Below, piece after piece: positions 7,885 through 16,028 of a stretch of DNA of 21,472 bases (position 1 is its first letter; each line of letters opens with the position of its first letter). The position numbers were made by a program, and so were the translations under genes. The notes beneath the pieces are model-generated. The model had not been told where the DNA came from. It did not search any database and was given only the letters and a program-made list of their open reading frames with translations. Origin of the DNA: an uncultured virus (IMG/VR IMGVR_UViG_3300027719_000270) (lineage: Duplodnaviria; Heunggongvirae; Uroviricota; Caudoviricetes); IMG/VR virus record IMGVR_UViG_3300027719_000270; one strand, 5' to 3'.

Positions 7885-8159
7885 GCATCTTGCAAAAACT
7901 GCTTAAGCCGCTTGCGGCTTTCGTTGAAAAATTCCGCTCGGCAAACAAAATCGCCACTCCGCAGATTGAGGTGGCTATCGTCTATAATAAGGCGCGCGGC
8001 GGCTTTGCGATAATGTTCCCCGGCGGGGAGCTTTACGGCAATTGGGGGTGTGAGGCCGACGCCTTGCGCGCCGCCACATTTTACGACCGTCTGAAAGTCA
8101 TCGAAATTGAAAGCTGGCTGAAGCTATATGCGCCGCAGGACGGAGGCTTTTATGATTAA
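7881..8159 (+). CDS. Hypothetical protein (paralogous domain to the next ORF)
   Basis: ATGA coupling, GGAGG SD. Motif GGFAIMF...YGNW...DA. Confidence 0.75.
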   Translation: MSILQKLLKPLAAFVEKFRSANKIATPQIEVAIVYNKARGGFAIMFPGGELYGNWGCEADALRAATFYDRLKVIEIESWLKLYAPQDGGFYD

Positions 8160-8553
8160 ACTGCCCAGCCCCCAGCGCGTGGCCGTATTCAAAAAGCCCA
8201 GCGGCAGGTGGGCAATAATGTTTGTTAACCGCAAGCGCTTTGGCGATTTTGCGAGCGCGCCCGAGGCCTCGGCCTTTGCCGAAGCTCGCGGCTGTGTTGC
8301 CGCCGTGCTTGGCCCCGTGAGCGCCGCCGATGGGCAAGACGTAATCCACTGGCATTATCAAAATCTTGACGGCTTTGAACGCTGGCGCGCATTGCGCGGC
8401 GATGTCGAGCTTTTATCGGCAACGCGCAAGCACGGTGACGGATTTTGGATGTGCGAAACCGACGCCACACGCACTAACGGGCGTCTGAATGTCAGCATTA
8501 CAGATATCGCGCGCGATATCGCCAAAACGCCATTTTTGTCAAATAACTCTTAA
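8152..8553 (+). CDS. Hypothetical protein
   Basis: ATG at 8152 with GGAGG at 8142-8146 (preferred over 8128). Motif GRWAIMF...FGDF...EA. Confidence 0.75.
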   Translation: MIKLPSPQRVAVFKKPSGRWAIMFVNRKRFGDFASAPEASAFAEARGCVAAVLGPVSAADGQDVIHWHYQNLDGFERWRALRGDVELLSATRKHGDGFWMCETDATRTNGRLNVSITDIARDIAKTPFLSNNS

Positions 8554-8565
8554 CATGATAAACCC

Positions 8566-8811
8566 ATGAGCAAAAATAAAACAGAACAAGCCCCTGCGGC
8601 GAATAAAATAATTTGCCCTAATTGCGGCAAAGAAATGCAGATGAGCGTAAAGCTGGTCTATAATGAAAAATGGTTAGCAACATTGGCTTGCCCAGGCACG
8701 GACTGCGCGGCTCCTGAATTTTGCGGGATTGCCAAAACCAAAGCATTGGCGGAAGCCGAAGCCCTTGCGGCTTTTAATATGCAGAAAGGCGCAGAAAATG
8801 GCCAAGCTTAA
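8566..8811 (+). CDS. Small zinc-finger protein (Lar/restriction-alleviation-like pattern)
   Basis: CPNCG...CPGTDC followed by EAEALAAFN. The family call is by pattern only. Confidence 0.6.
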   Translation: MSKNKTEQAPAANKIICPNCGKEMQMSVKLVYNEKWLATLACPGTDCAAPEFCGIAKTKALAEAEALAAFNMQKGAENGQA

Positions 8812-9307
8812 GATTAGGCAAATTGCCACGGCTGCAGAATTTTTTGAGTCTGTGGACGATTGCGCCGTTAAACAGGCGCGCGTAGAAAGGCTTGAGGCAG
8901 AGCTTAAAAGCAAAATTGTGGCGCTTCAGGTTAAGTATTCCGCAGATATCGACCCGCTTAAAAAGGACGTTGAAAAGCTTTTAAACGAATGTTCCGACTA
9001 CGCCTCTTTACACCACACCGAACTTTTCGGCAAAAACAAGAGTGCCGCCACCACCGTGGCAGATTACGGCTTCAGGACAGGCACACCAAAACTGGTAAAG
9101 CTTGTTAAAAGCAAAGAAGAGGATGTGGCGCTGTCTTTGGAAAACGAGGACGGCGGCGCTTATGTCTCAAAAAAGCTTAGTCTTGACAAGGAAGCGATCA
9201 AGTCCGCGTTGGAGCGCGGCGTAGAAAGTCTGAAGCGCCTGTTCCGCGTGGATCAGGACGAGGCTTTTTTTATCAACCCTAAGGCAGATGATACAAGAAA
9301 GGCGTAA
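8798..9307 (+). CDS. gam: Host-nuclease inhibitor Gam
   Basis: Coiled-coil N-terminal half, ELFGKNKS...YGFRTGTPKL, LDKEAIK, QDEAFFINP. ATG at 8798 gives 169 aa, typical of the family. Confidence 0.9.
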   Translation: MAKLKIRQIATAAEFFESVDDCAVKQARVERLEAELKSKIVALQVKYSADIDPLKKDVEKLLNECSDYASLHHTELFGKNKSAATTVADYGFRTGTPKLVKLVKSKEEDVALSLENEDGGAYVSKKLSLDKEAIKSALERGVESLKRLFRVDQDEAFFINPKADDTRKA

Positions 9308-9308
9308 T

Positions 9309-9728
9309 ATGAAAAAAGTAGATATCGAATCTGTGAAAACAGTGCTAAGCCGCTCGGACATCGGCGCAACAAAGGCGGCGCAAATAATTGAAGACATTGT
9401 ATGCGAGGCAAGTGCCCATGGTGATGAGCGCGAGCCCGTCGTAAAAAAGCAATCCGTAATCGTTCTAGGGGCGTCCAGCCTGAAGACGGATAATCCAATA
9501 GGTTGGGTTGTGCAAATCCCCGAGGATGAAAATCCGTCGGAGGCGCTGTCGCTCATCGCAAAGTGCGCGCAAGATTTTAACTTGTCGCCCTCAGGCCGCC
9601 GCGTGCCTCTTAAGACCGTCGCCGATGTTATGGAATTTTGCCGCGCGTCCATTTGCAAACAAAATAATCTTTGGATTAAAACCAAAGAACCCGTCTTGGC
9701 AATAGTTGCAGAAAACAAATTAGGGTAA
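9309..9728 (+). CDS. Hypothetical protein
   Basis: ATG 1 nt after the gam stop; 139 aa, operon-consistent. Confidence 0.75.
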   Translation: MKKVDIESVKTVLSRSDIGATKAAQIIEDIVCEASAHGDEREPVVKKQSVIVLGASSLKTDNPIGWVVQIPEDENPSEALSLIAKCAQDFNLSPSGRRVPLKTVADVMEFCRASICKQNNLWIKTKEPVLAIVAENKLG

Positions 9729-9732
9729 GATC

Positions 9733-9978
9733 ATGAAATTTAAAATATACAAAACATCGTGCAGCGTTAACGGAAGCGCCACGGCTCCATGCAAAGCCGC
9801 CGAAGCGGAAGTAGAAAAAAGCGAATACGGCTATAACTCTGTAATCTGGCTTGTTGAAATAAAAAGCATAACTGACCTTATGGAGCTATTAAAAGAAGTG
9901 GGCGTCTGCGTCATAAGTGGAAAACGCGAGGAAGAAAAATACCCCGAACTCGAAATATACGACGACCACAGGGAATAA
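9733..9978 (+). CDS. Small phage hypothetical protein
   Basis: WLVEIKSITDL...ELEIYDDHRE pattern; tight spacing on both sides. Confidence 0.75.
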   Translation: MKFKIYKTSCSVNGSATAPCKAAEAEVEKSEYGYNSVIWLVEIKSITDLMELLKEVGVCVISGKREEEKYPELEIYDDHRE

Positions 9979-9982
9979 ATCA

Positions 9983-10489
9983 ATGGCTAGCATATTGACA
10001 GTCGAACAAAAAAAACGCGTGTGTATTTTGGCGCGCCGCGCTTGGGACTGCGTATCCCAAGCGCAGCGCGACCACTTTTTGCAGGCCGACGGCGGGCAGA
10101 CAAAAACTGCGGCGTTCGACATGTGGCGCCATCATCAGCAAGCCGTGGCGGTGGGGCAAATGCGCTTAACGGCGAGCACAAATGACGAATATTGCGTGCT
10201 TATGGCGCATTTTGCGATGCTTGCCGACGATCCCGTCGAGGCCGAATTTTGGCTCTTGCGCAACGCCACCGATGAGCAGCGGCGCGCTTTATATTTGATA
10301 AAAAATAATTGCGGCGACGGTATCGATTGGCCGAAATACCCGCAGGCAATATGCATTGCCCAAAACAAGTGCGGCCTGAGTGCGGCAACGGTGCGGCAGC
10401 TTTTTAACATACTGTCAACCGTCCGCAATCGCAAAGCTTTAAAAAAACAAAAAGAAAATCACTCAGAAAGGCAGTTGAATTTATGGTAA
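9983..10489 (+). CDS. GemA / Mu gp16-like regulatory protein (divergent)
   Basis: Position at the end of the early operon and a two-lobed helical pattern (G..RLT...NDEY..LMAHF; L..AT..QL..IL..V). ATG 4 nt after the previous stop. Confidence 0.6.
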   Translation: MASILTVEQKKRVCILARRAWDCVSQAQRDHFLQADGGQTKTAAFDMWRHHQQAVAVGQMRLTASTNDEYCVLMAHFAMLADDPVEAEFWLLRNATDEQRRALYLIKNNCGDGIDWPKYPQAICIAQNKCGLSAATVRQLFNILSTVRNRKALKKQKENHSERQLNLW

Positions 10490-10848
10490 AGACTATAGAA
10501 GTTGCGCCTAAAATGTCTATTCAGGCACCTGCGCCCCGCAGGCATACCACATGTGAGATGGTTAAGGTGGGGCCGGATTTATATAAGGCCGTCCCTAAAA
10601 CGCGGGATGAGTTTGTGCGCCTGACGGCTGCATCGGTTGAAACCTTGGGACTTGGTATATCATACCGCTCGCTCTTGCGCCTTGTATCAAGCGGTTTTGT
10701 CCAAGGACAAAAAGTCACGCCGCAAATTTGGCAGTTTAGCCTGGACAGCTATTATGACCATGTGCGCCGCTGTGTCGACGACCCGGATTTTTGGAGCAAA
10801 GACCACCCCGACCAAAATTTAAAAAAGTATACCTCTGTCATACGGTGA
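10483..10848 (+). CDS. Winged-HTH (excisionase/MerR-like) DNA-binding protein in the Mor/C activator position
   Basis: LGLGISYRSLLRLVSSGFVQGQKVTPQIWQFSLDS resembles an HTH plus wing. Last early gene. Confidence 0.6.
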   Translation: MVKTIEVAPKMSIQAPAPRRHTTCEMVKVGPDLYKAVPKTRDEFVRLTAASVETLGLGISYRSLLRLVSSGFVQGQKVTPQIWQFSLDSYYDHVRRCVDDPDFWSKDHPDQNLKKYTSVIR

Positions 10849-10956
10849 TTAAAATGCGCGTTATGCCTCGGCAAAGCTCGGCAAAACGATTTTCAGCCCC
10901 CAAGGGCTACCTAACTAGGCAAACGGCATAAATACGATTTTTAGGCGATTTTAAAA
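10849..10956. promoter_or_regulatory. Early/late junction with repeats; putative late control region
   Basis: CTCGGCAAA x2 (10867, 10877), CGATTTT x3 (10887, 10935, 10946), TTATGCC/GGCATAA inverted pair (10861-10867, 10925-10931). Confidence 0.5.
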
Positions 10957-12378
10957 ATGATAACAAAACCCATCAGTAACGACGAAGCGGCGGCGCACTT
11001 AAAAACCAAACCCGTACTGTCGGCCGGCGCATATTACAAGCTTGCGCCCGAGCTTAAGGCGCGCGCGTTTACAATATCCGGCATTAACTCTGTAGATACC
11101 ATGAGGTCGGTGCGCGACATTTTGGCCACATTGCCGCAGGGCCGCAACTGGGATGATGTAAAAGACGATATCGCAGAAAAACTGCGAGAAAAGTGGGGAG
11201 AGAATGAAAACGCCGTCCAACGTCGCGCCGAGCTGCTTTTGCGCAAACACGGCCTTGATGCCTATCGCGTCGGCCAGTTTGAGGCCGCGCAACGCACCAA
11301 AGCCCTGATGCCCTATTTTAAGTGGATAGCCACCAACGACCAAAAGACGCGCCCAAGCCACGCCGCGCTGCACGGCTTGGTTTTACCTGTCGACCATCAG
11401 TTTTGGGATGACCACATGCCGCCCGGTTGGGCATGGAATTGCCGTTGCCAAGTTGTGCAGGTATCTCAACTTGACTATGACGAGCAAGTGGAGCTTGAAA
11501 GGAATATCCCGCCAGAGCGCCGCAGGGCGCTTACTGAAGCCCAAGCCCAAGATTTGCTGCGCAACGAGCGCCTGCAAACGGGGCCCGACAGCGCAGCTAT
11601 TGTGCGCTCTGACATGGAGTCCGGCTCAAACCCCAAAAATTTAAAAATGTCTGCGTCTGAAATTTTGCGCCGTTATGACGCGGCGGAGCAAGCCGCATTA
11701 CTGGCCGAGCTTGACGCCGTAGAACTGCCCGAATACGAATCGAAATATACCGCGCGCGACTGGTTTGAGAATAAACCCGCACCGTCGTTTAAAGAGCCGC
11801 AGCCCCGTCCGCTTACGGATAATATACAAATCGATTCAAAAACCCTTGCCCCAAGCGTTAAGCGCGGCTTTGACGGCGCGGTTGAGTCAATTTGGAAAGC
11901 GCACGGCGCGTGCGAAATGCCCACGTGTACACTCGTCTCTGCCCCCATAACAAACCAGGGCGAGTATGACCCAAATACGCGCACCATTACAATAAACCCG
12001 CTCGCCAAAAATCCGCAACTTACAATAATGCATGAGGCGGCGCACTACTTATCACATAAGGGGTTTGGCGTGCGCGACAAGTTGTCGGCAGGCACCGACA
12101 AAAAACTCTCCGCGCTTATGAAAACCATTGACGCAAGCAGCCGCGTAAGCGTATTAAAGTTAAAGCGCGACATGGGAGAGGCAGACAAAGATTATAATTA
12201 TTTGTTGCAAGACGAAGAACTCTTCGCGCGCGTCTATACTCAATATGTTGTGACCAAAAGCGGACAAGCCGAGCTTTTGAATAATTTGGATACCGACTAT
12301 TATTGGCCGCCGAAGGAGTTTGAGGGAATATCAAACAAATTGGAAACACTCTTTAAGAGATTAGGCTGGAGGCTGTAA
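10957..12378 (+). CDS. MuF/gpF minor head protein with C-terminal HExxH zinc-metallopeptidase extension
   Basis: MuF motifs KARAFTISG, NDQKTRPSHAALHG, FWDDHMPP, WNCRC. C-terminal TIMHEAAHYL (HEAAH at 12031-12045) and EELFAR (12214-12231). Confidence 0.9.
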   Translation: MITKPISNDEAAAHLKTKPVLSAGAYYKLAPELKARAFTISGINSVDTMRSVRDILATLPQGRNWDDVKDDIAEKLREKWGENENAVQRRAELLLRKHGLDAYRVGQFEAAQRTKALMPYFKWIATNDQKTRPSHAALHGLVLPVDHQFWDDHMPPGWAWNCRCQVVQVSQLDYDEQVELERNIPPERRRALTEAQAQDLLRNERLQTGPDSAAIVRSDMESGSNPKNLKMSASEILRRYDAAEQAALLAELDAVELPEYESKYTARDWFENKPAPSFKEPQPRPLTDNIQIDSKTLAPSVKRGFDGAVESIWKAHGACEMPTCTLVSAPITNQGEYDPNTRTITINPLAKNPQLTIMHEAAHYLSHKGFGVRDKLSAGTDKKLSALMKTIDASSRVSVLKLKRDMGEADKDYNYLLQDEELFARVYTQYVVTKSGQAELLNNLDTDYYWPPKEFEGISNKLETLFKRLGWRL

Positions 12379-12648
12379 ATGAAAACGGTAACACGCGAAG
12401 ATTATTACAGGGCGATTGCGCATTTTGCCCACGAAGCCGCGGCATGGCGTGGCCGCTGGGATGATATCCCCATGCCGGATAAGGCATACCTTATAGAATA
12501 CCACGCCGCGCTGCGCGATATGGCACAGCGAGACATGGATATAATAGACGCGGTCAAAGAAATAACTTTAAAATTCCCCAACGAAAGCCCGAATGGCGTG
12601 ATCGGATCGCTGTCGGGTTTAACGGGCGGCTTTCAGGAGATTATGTAA
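12379..12648 (+). CDS. Small hypothetical protein; candidate immunity partner of the gpF extension
   Basis: Starts immediately after the gpF stop (TAAATG) with GGAGG SD. Sits between gpF and gpG, which are adjacent in Mu. Confidence 0.7.
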   Translation: MKTVTREDYYRAIAHFAHEAAAWRGRWDDIPMPDKAYLIEYHAALRDMAQRDMDIIDAVKEITLKFPNESPNGVIGSLSGLTGGFQEIM

Positions 12649-13073
12649 TGGGCTTAAAAATTGAAATTTTGGAAGATACCGCCACGCCGTCTTTGCTTAA
12701 GTATTTTGAAAGCGAACCCGCGCTTAAACAAAACGTTCTCGAGGCCGTAGCACTTGAGCTACAAAGCTACGCGGTGCAGTCTTTCGGTGACCCATCAAAA
12801 CGCGTAGCGCCTTGGGCGCCAAAGAAAGACGGTAAGCCCTCAAACCTCACAAAGAGCACAAAGCTGCGCCAAAGCATACGCGTATTTACCGCCACAGCAT
12901 CAAGCGCCGCCGTCGGCAGCGATGCCATGTATGCGTCTGCCCATCAGTTCGGCGCGCCTAAGCGCAATTTGCCGCGCAGGGCGTATTTCCCGCTCACGGT
13001 CGACGGCAAACTTTTTGCACCGTTTGAGCGGCGCGTAGACGCGCTTGTGCGCCGCGCCTATAAAATATTTTAA
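12648..13073 (+). CDS. Phage virion morphogenesis protein (Mu gpG / P2 gpS family)
   Basis: W.P...L.KS.KLRQSI, YASAHQFG, LPRRAYF motifs. Confidence 0.9.
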   Translation: MGLKIEILEDTATPSLLKYFESEPALKQNVLEAVALELQSYAVQSFGDPSKRVAPWAPKKDGKPSNLTKSTKLRQSIRVFTATASSAAVGSDAMYASAHQFGAPKRNLPRRAYFPLTVDGKLFAPFERRVDALVRRAYKIF

Positions 13074-13080
13074 AATAAAT

Positions 13081-13147
13081 TTGCCAGCCGTGCCACCGTT
13101 GCCACCGCCGTTTGCGCGGCGGCTTTTTTTTTGTCATACTGGCACCT
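13081..13147 (+). promoter_or_regulatory. Putative activator-dependent late promoter upstream of protease I
   Basis: Three tandem TGCCA(G)CCG units at 13082-13107. TG-T-CATACT -10-like element at 13132-13140, 7 nt before GTG 13148. Confidence 0.55.
13105..13132 (+). terminator. Possible Rho-independent terminator after gpG
   Basis: CCGCCG-tttgcg-CGGCGG stem-loop followed by C and nine T. Confidence 0.6.
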
Positions 13148-14122
13148 GTGAGTATCGCAATAGCAAAAACAGGAGAACCGCCATGCAAGCTTAAAGTATT
13201 GCCTTGGGGCGACTCGTTCTATCGGGGCGGCCGAGAAAAGGTCGCGCTTAACGAACGGTCGCTGACCGAGGTGCCGCGCATGCACAAACTCTATAATTAC
13301 GACCGCATAGCGCTCGATTTCTCGCATAATTCGTTCCCGCTTTCTGACGCCTACAAAGAACCTGTCACGGTCGCGGCATTTGGGGAACTTAAGGTATTCT
13401 CCGGCGACGGCGCCTATTTGGAAAATTTACAGTGGACGCCCGAGGGCGCAAAGGCGTGGGCGAACGGCGACTATCCGGACTTATCGCCCGTAGTTAAAAC
13501 CGAGCCCGACGGCACGGTTACATTTTTTCATTCCGTTGCGCTGTGCCGCAACGGCAAGCTTGAGGGTTTGCATGCCTTCACCGACGACATTTCGGCAATA
13601 ATCAGCCCGAATTCAACCAATAATAAAACAATGAATCCCGACGAAGCAAAAAAAATTAAGGGGCTTCTCGTTGCGATTCTTGGCTTGTCGGAAGACGCGG
13701 ACTTAGCCGCGATAGAGACGGCGGCCAAGGACTTCGGCGAAAAACTCAAAAAGGCGGAGGGCAATAAGCCGCCCGCAAATCCTCAGCCCGACGCGCTCAA
13801 GGCGTTCTCGGACTCTCTGGGCGCAATTAAAACGCGCTTAGACAAAATCGAAGCCGACGGCGCCACCGCGCGCAAATCGGCAATAATATCGGCCGCAATA
13901 GCCGCGGGCAAGCAGGTGCCGGCCGACATCGCGGCCAAGCTTGATGAAGCCGCATTGCAGGCTTTCTGCGCAAACCTCCCCGAGGGCGTAGTGCCGCTTA
14001 CAAAGCGCAGCCCCGACGGACTTAAAGAGTTTACCTCAAACCCCATAGGGTCCCCCGTAGTAGCCTCCGTCTGCAAGACACTCGGCCTGTCGGAGGAAGA
14101 TTTCAAGAAAGGATCTAAGTAA
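13148..14122 (+). CDS. Mu-like prophage protease I with C-terminal scaffold
   Basis: VLPWG, ALDFSH, QWTPEG, YPDLSPVV, HSVAL motifs, then an Ala-rich helical C-terminus ending VCKTLGLSEEDF. GTG 13148 preferred over 13112. Confidence 0.88.
   Translation: MSIAIAKTGEPPCKLKVLPWGDSFYRGGREKVALNERSLTEVPRMHKLYNYDRIALDFSHNSFPLSDAYKEPVTVAAFGELKVFSGDGAYLENLQWTPEGAKAWANGDYPDLSPVVKTEPDGTVTFFHSVALCRNGKLEGLHAFTDDISAIISPNSTNNKTMNPDEAKKIKGLLVAILGLSEDADLAAIETAAKDFGEKLKKAEGNKPPANPQPDALKAFSDSLGAIKTRLDKIEADGATARKSAIISAAIAAGKQVPADIAAKLDEAALQAFCANLPEGVVPLTKRSPDGLKEFTSNPIGSPVVASVCKTLGLSEEDFKKGSK
13631..14122 (+). CDS. Putative internal in-frame scaffold protein (Mu gpZ equivalent)
   Basis: In-frame ATG (MNPDEAKK...LGLSEDA) preceded by an A-rich tract CAACCAATAATAAAACA resembling this phage's intergenic leaders. 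Confidence 0.6.
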   Translation: MNPDEAKKIKGLLVAILGLSEDADLAAIETAAKDFGEKLKKAEGNKPPANPQPDALKAFSDSLGAIKTRLDKIEADGATARKSAIISAAIAAGKQVPADIAAKLDEAALQAFCANLPEGVVPLTKRSPDGLKEFTSNPIGSPVVASVCKTLGLSEEDFKKGSK

Positions 14123-14123
14123 T

Positions 14124-14564
14124 ATGGCATACAATATTTCAACCCGCGACGGCAGATATATTACCGTCCCCGTAAAAGCCGAGACCGCCATTCTTGCGGG
14201 CGCGCTTGTTGCGCTTAATGCCGACGGCATGGCGGTTCCGGCGTCGGACGCCGCAAACCTTAAAGTAATAGGCCGTGCCGAAAACGATGTATTAGGAGGT
14301 GCCGCCGATGGCGACGTCAGCCTTACCGTTTTGCGCGGCGTATTTAAATACGACAATTCCGCCGCAAGCGCCGTAACTGCCGCAAACCTTGCAACACCGG
14401 TTTACGTTGCCGACGCGCACACCGTTGCCGCCGAATCCGTAAACGGCATATTCGCAGGCGTAGCGCTTGAAATTGACGCTGACGGCGGTGTTTGGGTCGA
14501 CACGACTCTGGCGCCGCTATGCCGCGCGCCCGAAGAAGCCGCCGCGCCCGAAGGCGGCGTATAA
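14124..14564 (+). CDS. Capsid cement/decoration protein (DUF2190-like)
   Basis: PVKA...ILAGALVA...VIGRAE...RGVFKYDN...VYVADAHTV...GVWV pattern, between protease and capsid genes. Confidence 0.8.
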   Translation: MAYNISTRDGRYITVPVKAETAILAGALVALNADGMAVPASDAANLKVIGRAENDVLGGAADGDVSLTVLRGVFKYDNSAASAVTAANLATPVYVADAHTVAAESVNGIFAGVALEIDADGGVWVDTTLAPLCRAPEEAAAPEGGV

Positions 14565-14588
14565 CCCTTAAAAAGGAAAGTTTAAACT

Positions 14589-15503
14589 ATGATTATTAAT
14601 AAATCAAACATCGCCCTTGCAGTACAGGGCTTCAGAGCCTTATTTAACAACGCTCTCAACGGTACCGTTCCCAACGATACGGGCCGCAAGCTGTCAATGG
14701 TGGTGCCCTCAAGCAACGCCACGGAAACCTGGGCGTGGCTTGAACACCTTGCCGGCATGAAAGAACTCCTCGGCGAAGTCAAAATTGAAAATATCGCCGC
14801 GGACTCTTACACCATTGCCAATAAGGAGTGGGAGCTAACGGTCCAGATTCCGCAGGCCGACTTTGAGCGCGATTCTTACGGCAAGTATCGCAATTTGATA
14901 TCGGGGATGCCAGCAAAGAGCCGCAGCCACGACAGCCAAATGGTCGCAAAACTACTGTGCGGCGGCTTTGACAATACGTGCTATGATGGCAAGAAGTTCT
15001 TTGCAACGGATCATGCGTATAAAAATAACGACAAGATCACGTTCTCAAACAAGCTGACAAAAAAGCTTTCGGCAACGCAGTTTGAAACCGCGCGCAAAAT
15101 GATTAAAACCGTCCGCCGCGCGGATGGCGAAAGCATGGAGCTCGGCGCCGATCTGTATCTCATAGTGTCGGCCAAAAACGAAAGTTTGGCAAAGTCCATA
15201 GTGGAGGCCGAACGCAATGCCGACGGCTCGACTAACGTCAACAAGGGCACCGCAAAAATCATCGTTTGGAGCGCTATCGACGTGCTCGGCGAAGACATGT
15301 GGTTCTTGGCCGACTTGGGGCAAGTCACCATCATGCCCTTTGTCATTCAAGAGGAAAAGTCCGTGGAGCTCATAGAGGTTACAGACCTTGAAGATTCTCG
15401 CGTGGTCACCACCCACCAGTTCTTGTTCCAAGCCTATAAACGCACGGGCTACGGCTACGGTTTCCCGCAGCTAGTTGTGGGCTCTACCGGCGCACAAGCT
15501 TAA
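14589..15503 (+). CDS. Mu-like major capsid protein gpT
   Basis: VPSS...W.WL...GMKE, YTIANKEWELTV, CYDGKKFFATDH, WFLAD, GYG..Q motifs; 304 aa. Confidence 0.93.
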   Translation: MIINKSNIALAVQGFRALFNNALNGTVPNDTGRKLSMVVPSSNATETWAWLEHLAGMKELLGEVKIENIAADSYTIANKEWELTVQIPQADFERDSYGKYRNLISGMPAKSRSHDSQMVAKLLCGGFDNTCYDGKKFFATDHAYKNNDKITFSNKLTKKLSATQFETARKMIKTVRRADGESMELGADLYLIVSAKNESLAKSIVEAERNADGSTNVNKGTAKIIVWSAIDVLGEDMWFLADLGQVTIMPFVIQEEKSVELIEVTDLEDSRVVTTHQFLFQAYKRTGYGYGFPQLVVGSTGAQA

Positions 15504-15526
15504 CAATAACCAACCCTAAACCGCCG

Positions 15527-15573
15527 GGGGGCCGTAGAGATTTTTTGACCTATCTTTGCGGCCCCCTCTTTTT
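15527..15573 (+). terminator. Stem-loop terminator/attenuator after the capsid gene
   Basis: GGGGGCCGTAGAGAT...ATCTTTGCGGCCCCC stem (with G-U pairs) followed by TCTTTTT. Confidence 0.7.
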
Positions 15574-15578
15574 AAAAT

Positions 15579-16028
15579 ATGTGGCAGACAGTAACATTAA
15601 ACGGCATTTTGGCGTATCGCCCGCAGGCGATTATCGACGCAATTAACGACGGCTACGACTGGGAAGACTCCCCCGTTTATACTGCCATTGCCGACGTGAC
15701 TGCGGACGTGCGCGCGTCGGTCGCCGCATCCGGTAAATATAAGCTAGACGTCAACGCCGCAAGCATACCGTCGGAACTCATGGCGCAGGCCGTTGCCCTT
15801 GTTATAGAGCTTGCAAAGGGAAAAATCAATATGGCGCTGACCGATGACGAAGTGCGTCTTGCAAATGCCGCGAGGGAAAAACTCGCAAAAATCGCAGACG
15901 GCAATTTGGCCGTTTCGCAGCCGACCAACCCGCAGGCTGCAAGTTCAAGCGCGCAGACGGGTGGCGGCGGTGCCATAATCTCCGCGCCCAGCGTAACATT
16001 TGACCCGCCCGGGAGGCTGCATTGCTGA
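15579..16028 (+). CDS. Head-tail adaptor, Mu gp36/J (DUF1320)-like
   Basis: AIAD.TADV...Y.L...IPSEL...A...L.KIADG.L pattern, directly after the capsid gene. Confidence 0.8.
   Translation: MWQTVTLNGILAYRPQAIIDAINDGYDWEDSPVYTAIADVTADVRASVAASGKYKLDVNAASIPSELMAQAVALVIELAKGKINMALTDDEVRLANAAREKLAKIADGNLAVSQPTNPQAASSSAQTGGGGAIISAPSVTFDPPGRLHC

Noticed and set aside
13081..13107. Short tandem repeats here and at 10867-10885 as CRISPR-like arrays
   Set aside because: Units are 8-10 bp with no spacers and there are no cas genes.
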